Part shown: piece after piece, positions 33,393 to 44,988 of the stretch
Numbering within the stretch: the stretch's first letter is position 1
How the letters are laid out: every line of letters begins with the position of its first letter
Assembly (NCBI GenBank): GCA_946965045.2
Contig: OX337235.1
Coordinates: forward strand, 1,364,001-1,428,000
Source: Epithemia pelagica
Lineage: Eukaryota; Protista; Bacillariophyta
DNA length: 64,000 nucleotides
Direction: 5' to 3'
Position numbers and translations under genes: made by a program
The notes under the pieces: generated by a model
Told to the model about the DNA's origin: nothing
Seen by the model: only the letters and a program-made list of their open reading frames with translations
Database searches by the model: none

Positions 33393-36235
33393 TCACACCG
33401 AGGACCGTTTCGGTTGAGGTGTGCTACCCATTCGGGCGGCATCGTCCCAGGCTCTCCGAAACGCGGTCGCAAACCATGACTGAGAAAAGCCCAGGCCAAG
33501 TCCATCACTCTCGTCGTCGTCTCCAGATTCTTGTAATGAACCCATTGCACCGCCATCTGGGTCATTTTGCTCCTCGACCATGTCTGTCGTTCCAACAGTT
33601 TCGTGCCGCTGGGCAAGTTGTTGCTGATATCGGACTTGCTCACTCACGGGACCACCCCCCAGTACTTTGCGAACCAGGTCACCAAACGTCCCTCGGCCCA
33701 AAACTTCATTGTGAAACCAGGCTATCCGTTCAGATTCCAGTTTGGAGCTTGTTCGCAGGGCTTCTGCCGCCTCTCGGTGTGTCATGGAGGCCGATTGAAA
33801 TAAGCGTTCCGTGGCTGCTTGCCACGAAAATTGTCTCGCTTGGTCCTCCGTCAAAGGCTCGGGATTGTGAGTCAAGGCCCACCGCAAATTGGCGACAAAC
33901 TCGAGCTTGTTGCGGTATTTCAAGCAATTGGGGAATTGGAAGAACCAAAAGTTGGATGGATGGTACGGAACAATGACAAAGTGGCCCATGGCCAATGCTT
34001 CCGCAGTTGCGGTACACAACACTTCGGATACCGATGGGTTCACAAACACTGTGTAGTTGTGGGGGAGACGCGCGTGGTCCACTCGTCCCAAAAAGGCGGC
34101 AGGAATGGGTTCCTGTCGCTGCTGTCGCTTGAGCATTTGTGGGAGAGCCAGTCGAACCGGCATCATCTCTACATGCGTGAGGAATGAAGTCTTTAGATTG
34201 GCCCAATGCTGTTTCGCCAGAACTTGAAGGCTGTTTCCCAAGGAACTGAGAAAAAGGGTCGACGATTGAGCAAACGCCATGGCCGACGAAGGAATACTAT
34301 TCATGACAATGGATGAGGCTGATGGAGTTGCCGTGGTCGTTCCTTGTGGTTGTGTCAAAACAGAGGACGATTCTCCGCCTGTCCCTCGACTCTTGGCATA
34401 GGCTTTTTCAATGTCTTGTGCATCCGGGCCACTACCATAGACATCAATCTCAAAGTATGACCCAGTACACTGTTTGTAATACTCCTCCAACTCTAATAAA
34501 AGATCCAACCCCTTGGCCCATAACAGTTTTCCCAAGAAATACACGCGTGGTTCGATCCGCAACTCGTCTCCGTGTTCCGGCTGCAATTGCTCGGCCCGGT
34601 CGAGTCCTTGTCGCCAGAATTCCTCCCGGACACCATGCACATTGCAAGTGACTTCTTTGCCCGGACAAAACGTCTGTAGAGCATCCGAGAGTTTAATCAC
34701 TTTATGACAATACGCTCGCACCATGGCGGAGCAAATCATGGCCAACGCTGGTGCGGTCCACAACCCACTATAGTGGGAGGTTGCAGCATACTCTTTGTAG
34801 TCTAGAAGACAGAAAATACACACTAGAATCAGTCCACTCCACGTCTTCTTGGTTGCCACAGTGTCCGTTTCCATAAGGTTCACTTACTGGTATGAATAAT
34901 GCCGACCACGTACTGGAACTGCCGTGTCCACGAATCTCCCGGAGCCCGAAACCAATTGCAATGTTCCGGCTCTTCGAGTATACAGACATCTAGATCCGTG
35001 GGTGACTCAACATGTTTTAAAATGACATCTTGAATCAAATCTCCCATGGCAAAGATACTCCGCAACCCCTCGTGATAGCGTGCCGGATAAAACAAGATTT
35101 GGAGTCCCTCGGCGGCATCCCCTAAACCAGCCTCCTGGCCCAGCCAGGATCGAATAAACTCTTCTTGATCCTTGGGAGATGCAAATTGACAATGGTACAA
35201 ATGATCCTGATCCTCGGATCGCTCCAACCAAGGTACTACCAACGTGACATGGACCGCATGGGCCACGTCATGTTGCACCGCATTTTGGGGTTGCACTTGG
35301 TGCTGCTGCTCTCCATGATGTTCCACCAGAGACCGATAGAGATAGGCCGCCCTCAAGAGTGGGTTAATGGCCGTGCCTGTATACCATGGTAGGGCGGCGG
35401 TGGTTACAATGTGAATATTGCGAGGGAGGGATCCCTTGAGATTGGACTGCTTCGTCACTGCATCTGGATCAACTCCTTCCTCATCCTCTCCTACAGTGTT
35501 CTGCGAACATGACTCGACTTCATTGTGTTTCCACAACAACCACGAACTGACCAGAGCCGCTCGATCCATTAGTTGGTCACGCTTTTCTTGCAATCGTTTC
35601 TTCCACTGCTCGTCCAAGGATGGAAAGGAGGACCAGCATGTCGAAACCGAAGAAGACGATTGCTTGTCTGCTTTGGTGAGCCATTTTCGGGAACGTGTCG
35701 ATCGCCGCGCCGCCTTGTGGGCCAAGGAGAAGAAGGCGCGAATCATCCACTTGCGGCCCTCGGTTTCTGGAACACCCAATTCTGCCGCCTCGCGTGTCAC
35801 CGTGCCCTCGACAACCGCTTGGACTGGAACGGTCGTGTTTTGTCCCACACTCGCAGGTTCCTGTCCCACCAAGCAGGTTGTCGTAGCATCCTGCTGGTCG
35901 CTGTCTGCCAAATCCGTCATATTCTTGTTGTTGTTGTTGTTTGGGAAGAAATTGTTCCGCCGCGTCATTGTCAAGGTACTGTTTTGTGCTTGGACTCCGG
36001 CCTGTACCCAAAGAAACCAGCAAACCATTGCGACTCGGCCGATCAAAGGCAGAGTCCAACGTGATGCCATTCGTGTCATTGCCGATTGGAATCCTTGTTT
36101 GGTTTCACGGTAGGTATCTTTTCCACGACGAACAGCCATGGTAAATGTGCTTCCGATTACCACGATCGTGGACACCACCCCCAAATCGAGACACACGACA
36201 ATGACGATGCACAAAGAGAAGCACTTGGGTTTCAC
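33393..36235 (-). CDS. DGD: Digalactosyldiacylglycerol synthase (GT4) (exons 36235 or a downstream ATG to 34888; 34801-33393)
   Basis: IHIVTTAALPWYTGTAINPLLRAAYL, TLVVPWL, ILFYPARY, LEEPEHCNW, VGIIHT|NYKEY across a phase-1 intron, CHKVIKLS, VHGVR, YFLGKLLWAKG, FVNPSVSEVLCTATAEALAMG. Start codon uncertain. Confidence 0.9.
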
Positions 36236-36784
36236 TCAAGTGCAAGTACGTGGTGGAGAAACTTGAACTGTGTTGATGGGGAGATATCGGGCGAGGGACG
36301 AGCAATGCCGCCGACACCAACGACAAGCGAACCTGACATTGCCATTTGCGAACAACTGTTGTGTGTCTGTCGCCGCTTCTCGTTTCGGATTTCTGACGCG
36401 GGTCAACCCCCTCAAACAGCTGTTGATACCCCCCGGATCAGTTGCAGGAGAAGCATTCCTTCCAGTTCTTCGAATCACATGGTTCGGTTTCAGCGACTGT
36501 AGCAGCCGGTGCAGTCGCGTCTAATCAGGGTCGGAAGGCGGAGACCGTCCACAGTCCACAGCGAAGACACACACAAAATCTATCCAGCCAAAAAGTTACC
36601 ACCCCACACGAGAATTGACACAGTTATGGAGACTGTCACGGAAGAAGCACTAAGGTTGCGCATCTATTCGATTCCACCATCCCCATCGCCATCGCCATCA
36701 TCACTACCACCACCACCACAAGCTTTCTCACAGTCCCAAGCAGTTTGGAGGAGAAGTGTAGTTCCTCCAAGGCCGCCCACCAGG

Positions 36785-37171
36785 ATGAACAAGTATTTCA
36801 ACAACTTGTTTTCCGGCGGACTGGGTCGAGCCGGACGCATCGGAGCATGGGTCACAGCCTTGACAGTCTTTGTACGTACAACAAACAACGCAGGATCCTG
36901 TTTTGTGGTCCCCAGCCAAACAGCTGCGTATGCCACTTGTCGCAGCACTGCATGAACTTGCAATCCAAACTGCACTGGGCAAACAGCTTCTCATCCGTCA
37001 CCATCATCGATTCTTGTACTGACACTTGTCGTTGTTGTTGTTGTTTTCGATTATCAGGGAGCCTACTACTACTACGAGAACAAGGACAACATGCAAGTCT
37101 TTGGAGCAGACGAGGTGCAAGCGTGGAACTCTCAAAAGAAGAAGGAATTCAAAGAAAAGGGTCTGCAGTAA
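36785..37171 (+). CDS. 66-aa single-TM microprotein, not called in the ORF track (exons 36785-36871, 37058-37171)
   Basis: MNKYFNNLFSGGLGRAGRIGAWVTALTVF|GAYYYYENKDNMQVFGADEVQAWNSQKKKEFKEKGLQ*. The donor is gtacgt and the acceptor is pyrimidine-rich ttatcag; phase 0. Confidence 0.6.
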
Positions 37172-38014
37172 CACCACCACTGGCCATTGACTGGCCGATC
37201 CAGAGACTGACGATTTGCGTGTGAAAGTAAGAGTTTTGTGAAACAAGTTGTATCCATCCATCCTTGCAACAGCAGTGCCTTGCAATCCTGAACGATTCCC
37301 ATGACTTGAATCGCTAGCCTACTCAACTGTAGAACCAGGTTTTAACCACCATTACCTTCATTTACACTCGTTGTCCACTAGAACGATACTCTTGTGGACC
37401 ACATTCTCCATGTGACGACAATCAATCAGATTGTTAAACTTGGTCCATCAACGAAAGGCCTGCAGTAACCAAGCTGGAAGCTGGATCCACCGACCAAAGA
37501 CCCACCAGATCCATAGAATGATGGTTGTGTGAAAGTACAGGTTTGTGAAAGACAAGTGTTACATCCACCCTCTCTGAACAGTGGCTTGTAATCCTTAACG
37601 ATACTCTGACGACATGACTTGAATCAATGGACGACTCCAACCAATGTACAACCAGGTGAACGACCATTGCCGACATGTACACTCGGCTTGAACTACCAAC
37701 CTAATGGACACACTGGTTGTCCGCCAGCTGCTCTACGTGACAAGACTCAATCAGATAGTTATACGTTGTCCATCTTAGTCCTAGAGAGAGCTATGGATTC
37801 CAATGTGACAACAAGTTACCAACGAGCCCTGTCCTTCACGACTTGTGTGTGTGTTTCTTACGGTGTGTTAAGGCCAATGTGTATGTGGTAGAAGTAGTAG
37901 AAGTAATCGATACGTCGCTTTGTTGTGGGGAAAAGGAAGCATACTATGGGATCTTCCTCTTGTGTTTCCTCTGTGCAATTCTATTGTGTCTCTTGATTCA
38001 AGCAGCAGTTTGAT

Positions 38015-38725
38015 CTAATAAAAGAATCCCAATATTTTGCCTCCCGTTTTTTTACGACGTGCTTCTTCATGGGTCATGATCCCATACGTGGTGGAAATTA
38101 GAATGTGACCAAATTGACGAGAGGGAAGTAGATTGACCACCCATTTTTCAATTTCGTCATGTGCCACATCAAATCGAGGACTAATCACACCACATTTATT
38201 TAAGCGACCAGTCAGATCAATTACAATCTTGCTGCTTCTGTGATCGTCCACAATCTCAAATTCTCCAATATAACCTGATGATATGTGTGCAGTGAGAACG
38301 AGTTTGTTGGATAGTCGCCAAATCGTTCCAGACAGGTCGTCCAGCAGAGGAAACCAGCAACATTATAGACATGCATGTGGAGCATCCCATGGCAAAGAAG
38401 AACAGTGGTGTCAGATATATGTCTCTTTGTGAGTGTAACAGATGCACCAATCTACTCTAGGGCCACATTCAGAGATCGGGTCCTGGATCCAGCAGCCAAA
38501 CCGTTCGTCTAGCGCGCTCACGATCGTTTCCAAACATGTCCCACCACCACAACATCGCCTCCACACACACACACACACACAAGACTACGTACCGTGCTCT
38601 TGCATCTTTTGTAAGAATTTTACAATGACCTTGGACGAAGGCCGGATCAGAACTTGTCGGCGTCCACGCTTTTCGGCGTTGGAAATGGTTTTCAGGCAAT
38701 CAGCCAACACAGACATACGAACCAT
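38015..38725 (-). CDS. RPS15A: 40S ribosomal protein S15a (uS8) (exons 38725-38593, 38274-38015)
   Basis: [44 protein letters not shown]|[18 protein letters not shown]...[15 protein letters not shown]...[10 protein letters not shown]. Confidence 0.97.
38562..38581. repeat. (CA)10 microsatellite in the RPS15A intron
   Basis: cacacacacacacacacaca seen directly. Confidence 0.95.
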
Positions 38726-39482
38726 GGTTTCTCACTACAAATTGGGGCACCACAAACAAGAGCAACGTAAGAAGAATGAAGCAGCCAACGAGTCTGGTAA
38801 GCACAGTACTCTTTTGCAAACAAAAAGGCAATCGATATACATCCAGGGTCCGACCAGATGGAGACTGATTTCACTCAGCTCTCCACCATCCAGAGAACAG
38901 GATTCGTAACACGTCATAGTCTCCTCCCATGTCCCATGCTGCAATAGACTCGTTCCAATAGCGCCTCAGCTTTCCCGCAGTACTTTCTTCAGCATCACGT
39001 ATGGTACCAAAATAGATTCACATGAACAACATAGAACACAACAAAAAGCCGACCTACAGTTGCTTTTTAGTTGCGTTCACACAACCACGTCCAGGACAAT
39101 GTGTAAGGATGAAGGCGTGCCACACAAAACGAGAGGACGACGGTGGAGGCACCTCGCAATTGCCGCACGCACTCTGTTTGTACGGTGTATGTGTACGGAG
39201 TGTGTGTGGTGCCGCGTGTACCCTACCGCCTTACTAAACATATTAGGTTCTGAGCTGCTCCCGGTGCGGTCAGCCTCCTCTCCCTTTTTCTCAACAACAA
39301 CACCAGGTGACGACAAGCACCACCAGCGGAAGGTACGAGCATGAATAGGAAAGGATAATCTTATTGGAGAGAGCATATTACATTGGAAATTCATTCTCAC
39401 GTTGCACCTTGAATGTCTATTTCAGGAACAAGACTCTCTTGCGCCGTTAGAATCGCACAGTGCACAACCATAGAAAATAGAC
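38726..39482. promoter_or_regulatory. Divergent intergenic region shared by RPS15A and RPL35A (probable bidirectional promoter)
   Basis: Two cytosolic ribosomal protein genes head-to-head, about 757 nt apart, with no credible ORF between them. Confidence 0.5.
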
Positions 39483-39809
39483 ATGGCACCACAAACGAGC
39501 AAGCGAGGGCCCAAGTTGCATGTGGACGGCGCAATCTTGGGTTACAAGCGAGCCTTGCGTACCCAAAATGTGAATGTTTCTTTGATCAAGATCAAGGGTT
39601 GCGATAGTTCTACGGATGCTGATTTTTATTTGGGCAAAAGGGTTGCCTACATTACCAAGGCACAAGACGGCTCCTTCCGTGTCAATTGGGGCAAGGTCTG
39701 CCGCCGACATGGATCCAACGGTGTCGTTCGATGCCGATTCCGTCGAAATCTTCCTCCTCAATCGATTGGCGGACGTGTCAGAGTGATGCTTTATCCCAGC
39801 AGTATTTAA
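39483..39809 (+). CDS. RPL35A: 60S ribosomal protein L35a (eL33)
   Basis: LGYKRALRTQ...SLIKIKG...FYLGKRVAYI...WGKVCRRHGSNGVVR.RFRRNLPP..IGGRVRVMLYPSSI; intronless. Confidence 0.96.
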   Translation: MAPQTSKRGPKLHVDGAILGYKRALRTQNVNVSLIKIKGCDSSTDADFYLGKRVAYITKAQDGSFRVNWGKVCRRHGSNGVVRCRFRRNLPPQSIGGRVRVMLYPSSI

Positions 39810-40224
39810 TCGATTTTTTTACGAATGCCCAAAAACCCTTGTCTCGTAGGTTTTGGATGCAGCGGATTCAGATTTTGAATGAGTCTATCTGGTATCTCAA
39901 TGCTTGTTTGAAAGCCAACATCTTTCGTTGGATCGATCTCGGTTCTCCTCTGTCATTGTGTCTACTTTGGGATGGACTTGACCGGTTGGTTTTCTCTAGC
40001 TAGGTAGGCCTTGAACGACCGGTAGCTACTAGCTACCCGTCTTTTTCGGACCAACTATCGTTGTCGGTATTCCGTCAGTTCACATGGCGACCGACATTCC
40101 ATGAATGACAGTAGTAGGAGTCGCCCAGGATTTGGATCGTGCATCGCCGCGATGGTATGGGATTTTGCCATCACAATTCATCCACATCACTTGTGGTGCG
40201 CAGTGCGCACGTACATTGTAGACG

Positions 40225-41157
40225 ATGGCGATGCTATTGCTTGTGTTGGTGACCATCTTAACGAGCCTCTGGTATGCCCTTCCCTCGGAGGCATACTCGC
40301 TACAAGGCAAGCGGGCGATTGTGACTGGATCTTCTGGTGGAATCGGTCGCGGAATGGCTATTGAACTGGCTCGTCAAGGCTGTCAAGTGCTCGTGCACTA
40401 CAATGAGCGGCTGGAAATGGCCAACGAAACCGCCAACTTCCTAAACCAACTATGGGATAACGAAGTTGATGAAGAATCCGGTAGAGCATCTATACCTGCG
40501 TGTGCTGGTATTCTGCAGTGCGATTTTCGTTCCTTGTCAAATCTGCAGCGTTTTCAAAGGGAAATCGACGATATATGGCCAGAGGGGTATGATATCCTAA
40601 TAAACAATGCTGGGATAATCGGAAAGTTGGCGATGGAGGACGACAATGATATGTTGTCGCATTGGAACGAAATCATGGCGGTCAATCTGCATGCTCCTCG
40701 TTGCTTAAGCCAGTCGGCTGTTTCACGTATGAAAAGGCGCTCATCGTTTGGATCGCAAGGTGGTGGAACCATTCTGCATGTTTCAAGTATCCATGGCGAA
40801 AAGTCAAATGAATATATGTCCGCATATGCTGCCAGCAAGGCAGCTTTGGATAGTCTTACTCGATCCATGGCAATTGAGTTCTCTTCCAATGGTATTCGTG
40901 TGAATGCCATTGCTCCTGGTATTGTGGCAGTCGAACGGACTATAGATGCGCTATCAGATCCAAAGAACCGAGAACCATGGGAAGAGCGCATTCCCCTCGG
41001 TCGGATAGGGTCAGTAGAAGATGTGGCTGAAGCGATGCTTCCACTTTTGACTAACGATTGGCTTACGGGCACAATTTGGAAGATTGATGGGGGCATCTCT
41101 GCACGCGGCAATGGGCCAACCCGAGCGCGCCCCCTTCGAAGAGGTGGTTTCTTGTGA
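40225..41157 (+). CDS. Classical short-chain dehydrogenase/reductase with N-terminal signal peptide
   Basis: TGSSGGIG, NNAG, catalytic S...YAASK, RVNAIAPG, GTIWKIDGG; hydrophobic leader LLLVLVTILTSLWYA. Confidence 0.9.
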   Translation: MAMLLLVLVTILTSLWYALPSEAYSLQGKRAIVTGSSGGIGRGMAIELARQGCQVLVHYNERLEMANETANFLNQLWDNEVDEESGRASIPACAGILQCDFRSLSNLQRFQREIDDIWPEGYDILINNAGIIGKLAMEDDNDMLSHWNEIMAVNLHAPRCLSQSAVSRMKRRSSFGSQGGGTILHVSSIHGEKSNEYMSAYAASKAALDSLTRSMAIEFSSNGIRVNAIAPGIVAVERTIDALSDPKNREPWEERIPLGRIGSVEDVAEAMLPLLTNDWLTGTIWKIDGGISARGNGPTRARPLRRGGFL

Positions 41158-41481
41158 TAGTCATGTGAGGAGCTTACAAATGATGATGACAACGTCGTTC
41201 GAACGGTTTCCGTCGCTAGTTAAAATATGTGTAGAACCTTGTCTGTTCGCCGAAGAGCATGATATACAAACGCTCCTAACCTGTCCTTTGAAAGAAGGGT
41301 GCTGATAGACAGCTTGATATACAATAACCTTCGGTCTTATACTAACCAGTACCAGGAGTAAACAAGAGGTTAGATCAATATGCTCTATTATATGAATAGC
41401 TTTTATGTACCAAAACGTCTGGATTAACTTTGAACTAACCAGCACTGTGTTTGTTGGTTGGTCATCGTTATCTAGGAATGT

Positions 41482-42396
41482 TCACTTGGTAGTTTGATTT
41501 GCACTGGAGGCGCATATCCAGTCGAGCCAAAGCAAGTCAAGCGAACTGCTCAGTGATGACTCCGGTCGCGGCGCTCCTTCGTTCATGTTGCCACAAAGGA
41601 CGGTTCCATTTCGACGAGATCGATTTTTTACAAAGGAGGATCGTCTTGTTGGTCTTGTTCTTTCCTTCACGTCATCTTTTACGTTGTCTTCTTGTTCCCG
41701 TTTCGACCTCTCTACCATTGCAACGCACAGCCGGATTTCATCCACTTTCACGCCAGCTCTCAAGAGCACCTTTTCACGGCGTAGAGATCGAAGCCGCATC
41801 TTCTTCTTCCCCCGGAGTTCTGGTCGCTGGGCCTCGTACTTTTCCAGGCTGCAGAAGACCTCAGTAGCGAGCTTGTTCCACGTCATGGCAAGTGGAGGGC
41901 CTTTCGATACTGATGGACTGTCACCCAATCCCACGGCATGGTAATGGACTGTAATGGAATCATAGCAAACCTTCTTCGTTCTTGTAGGCGTCGGGTATGC
42001 ACAAGTCTTCTTTAGACATGACTTGGAAGGGAAAGTCCGAAAGGGAATAGGCCTCAATGAATGAGCCACTTCCTCATCCTCATCATCTGAAGAGTCTTCG
42101 GATTCACTGGAGTCTGTTCGGACAACTTGAGGGATATCATAGAGATATTGCTTTTGTTGGAAATGTTTCGTCAAGTCGATCTCTGAAGAGCAGTGACTGC
42201 TCGTGTCATCCTTGATTTCCTCCACGCTATCCCGTCTCAATATAATCGTGCTTTCAATGGCGGAATCTTCATCCGAAGAATGGTTGCCTGACATGCCCGA
42301 GTCATCTGAGCGGCTGTGTGTAATGACAATATCAAATCCTCCTTCCGTCTCCACGGCGATTCTTGATGTTTCAGTTACTGCTCCCATGATTGACAA
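41482..42396 (-). CDS. Ser/acidic low-complexity protein with a diatom-type 'GD(N/S)PS..GPP' C-terminal motif (CSRNP-N-like), function unknown
   Basis: KSCLKK...KKVCYDSITVHYHAVGLGDSPSVSKGPPLAMTW...LEKYEAQRP...REKVLLRAGV..DEI; 304-aa open frame. Confidence 0.55.
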   Translation of the reverse strand: MSIMGAVTETSRIAVETEGGFDIVITHSRSDDSGMSGNHSSDEDSAIESTIILRRDSVEEIKDDTSSHCSSEIDLTKHFQQKQYLYDIPQVVRTDSSESEDSSDDEDEEVAHSLRPIPFRTFPSKSCLKKTCAYPTPTRTKKVCYDSITVHYHAVGLGDSPSVSKGPPLAMTWNKLATEVFCSLEKYEAQRPELRGKKKMRLRSLRREKVLLRAGVKVDEIRLCVAMVERSKREQEDNVKDDVKERTRPTRRSSFVKNRSRRNGTVLCGNMNEGAPRPESSLSSSLDLLWLDWICASSANQTTK

Positions 42397-43268
42397 CTAT
42401 TGTATTGTTGTGATGCGCGAATGGAATGAATATGAACGTGATCTGAGATAATGAGCTTGATGCAGGTCAAACGATGATTGGTTTGAAATGCAAAATGTGA
42501 TGGATCTTGAATACCAAACGACTGCTTTCTTGTAACGTCCAATAGCAAAGCAACAGAAACAGAAGCGGTTCTGATCGATGCTTGTCTTTGATTGCTCTTG
42601 AACAGTGATGACCATATTATATGTCTGTTGTTGCGGAAGTATGAGTAATGGGGGGAGCTTTGTGGTGTCTCGAGTCTTCTTTCTCCGCTACAACACAATA
42701 GAGAATATGAATCTGTCCGTCCGTCCGTTGCAGTCACTCCCCGTCCGTTATGTGTCGTGTGTCTCGTGTTGACGCGCACGCAGTCTCGCCCTATTTGGAC
42801 CGTGTCGGTGCGCCAAGTCCGGCGGATGGGTGCTTTTTTGTGAGCACCTGGTGTGTTATTCCGTGAGAATTATTAGTACCAACTGTATTGGCGGGAGGCG
42901 AGGACGAGCCAGCAGAAAACTTTGGTCGCTCGGTTTTCCATAAAATCACCATTGCCAGCCAAGGCACACAAGACCCAGCACCTCTCGTTCGCCGTCTCTG
43001 CTCTCTCTCTCTCTCTCCACCACGTGGGGGTTTGGGGTGGTTGGAACACATGATGTGTGGTGACTTGAATGGACTGCTCCGGTTGCAGGATTTATTTTGG
43101 GTCGAATGCAACCATCATAGCCACAACACTTCTGCAGAACTGGAAGCCTCGCAATCTCTCTTGTCCGCCGCTGTCAGTGGGGAAGACACCAACAACCGTC
43201 GTGCTGCACCGGCCGCTCCTTTGCAACTCGAGTGGAGATTTACCTCCTTAACCAGTTTGTTGTCGGAC

Positions 43269-44543
43269 ATGATGAGTAAGGATGAAGAAGAGGACTGTCC
43301 GGATTGTCCCTTGTGTTTGAATCCCATGCGTCCGGCCGATATGGCCTTTCCTCTCCATTGTCCATCGCCCCAATGTGATTTCAACATGTGCGCCAACTGT
43401 ATCAAAGCCATGCTTCGCGCCGAAGCAGATGGATACGAAGAAGCCAGTGATGGATCCAAACAAGTCAAATACCATTTGGCGTGTCCCATGAGTCGCGCCA
43501 AGTACTTGGCACCCGATACGGAACTCACTCAAATCTTTGTCGAAGAAAAGAAGGAACCATCTTGTCACGATGGTCCGCAACCCAACCAGAAACTCGCCTA
43601 TCATCCCATTGTTACCTATGTGTTGCTCTTACGACAAGCCTATTCGGTGGCCAATATTCTCCAAGAGAGTGATTCCAATTTGTCCGCCTCCAACCTCAAG
43701 AAGAAACATGAATTCCTTCAAAATACGACACTGGATGACATTCAAGAGGCTTCGGTGAATTATCGAACGTATTTAAAAGACATTGGCAAAAAGGTGGAAG
43801 CGCCCGAGTTGGATTGGTCCAAATATGCAGACGTACCCCGACTTGGTTCAGCCGGTTCCGTCTTGGAGAAAAGTCGCGACAAGTTGGTGACAACCCGAGC
43901 CTGGCGAGATCCAACGCTCTTTATTGGGTGGGAGGAACTCATGACGTTGCCCGAACAAGAATATGTGACACAACTCATGTACAGCAACGACGTGCCCAAT
44001 TTGGCTCATGCGTCCCACATTATGCATGGCGTTCTCTTGGGTGGCCGACAACCCTCGGATCGAGCCATTGATGTGATTAGTAATTTCCGAAAGACGGCGC
44101 CTCCTCCACTCAAGTCAGCCTCCCTTTCGCTCAAACCACCTGCTCCCATGCACCCCAAGGCTGCCGCCAAAATGGTGGGTCGCTTCCCCTTGCCGAATCA
44201 CATGCCACGGTGTGTTGTCTTTCCAGTGTACGATCCCGAGGAACGCAATTGTCCGGTCCGGTTTGAAACGCCGTCGGCGCGGTATCAGCCCTTGACGGTC
44301 TCCCAAGTACGAGGTGTCGCGGGACGGTCCGGAATGCGACGAGGGGATGTCGTCACCCATGTCGAAGGGCAACCCGTCTACTCGAATGAACAATATGCCA
44401 AACTCTTGGCAAGTTTCTTTCATCGACCAGCACATGCGGACGATGACCGACAAGTCATGATTGTCGTCAATGCCCATGCCGAAAATGCCCGGTTGTTGCG
44501 AGAACGAGCTCAAGCCATGCAAAAAGCACGCGTTCAATTCTAA
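43269..44543 (+). CDS. RING-like zinc finger + C-terminal PDZ-like domain protein
   Basis: CPLC...CPSPQCDFNMCANC...CPMSR at the N-terminus. LTVSQVRGVAGRSGMRRGDVVTHVEGQPV is PDZ-like. ATG 43269 is preferred over the TTG start of the track ORF. Confidence 0.7.
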   Translation: MMSKDEEEDCPDCPLCLNPMRPADMAFPLHCPSPQCDFNMCANCIKAMLRAEADGYEEASDGSKQVKYHLACPMSRAKYLAPDTELTQIFVEEKKEPSCHDGPQPNQKLAYHPIVTYVLLLRQAYSVANILQESDSNLSASNLKKKHEFLQNTTLDDIQEASVNYRTYLKDIGKKVEAPELDWSKYADVPRLGSAGSVLEKSRDKLVTTRAWRDPTLFIGWEELMTLPEQEYVTQLMYSNDVPNLAHASHIMHGVLLGGRQPSDRAIDVISNFRKTAPPPLKSASLSLKPPAPMHPKAAAKMVGRFPLPNHMPRCVVFPVYDPEERNCPVRFETPSARYQPLTVSQVRGVAGRSGMRRGDVVTHVEGQPVYSNEQYAKLLASFFHRPAHADDDRQVMIVVNAHAENARLLRERAQAMQKARVQF

Positions 44544-44988
44544 TCGGCGCGTGTCGCACAAATGTGTAGGGGAGAATCATTTTTTTTGTGCTAGTGTGTG
44601 GAGCAATGAACCTGGGCGAGTCGTTTCCTCTCGCAACTCTCTTGTACACATAGAACTACTGTGGTTGACACTTGTCGTCGTCCGGTAAGACTAGTCTTTG
44701 AAAATCATAACAAACAGTACGTTCTTTTTTCTAGAGCAATAGGTGGCCTGATGGCCTTGTTTTCTTCCCGGCCCCAAAGGACTTTTGCTGGATTAACGTT
44801 TTTCGATTCCCTGTCGAAGCGGTGAGACGCACCTGTTCAGCTTTCCAGCACTTTCTGGTACCACAAGACCACCCAAAGAAAATTGTTCCATACTGTGGTT
44901 CTGCGGATCTCGCATAATGTTATAACCTTGACTTACTCCAAAATAGCTTGAAATAGATCTTGATGGATAACACCTCGCAGCAGTACAC

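Noticed and set aside
42888-43268. N-terminal extension of the RING/PDZ ORF from a TTG start
   Set aside because: Non-ATG start and a (TC)n-containing, UTR-like sequence.
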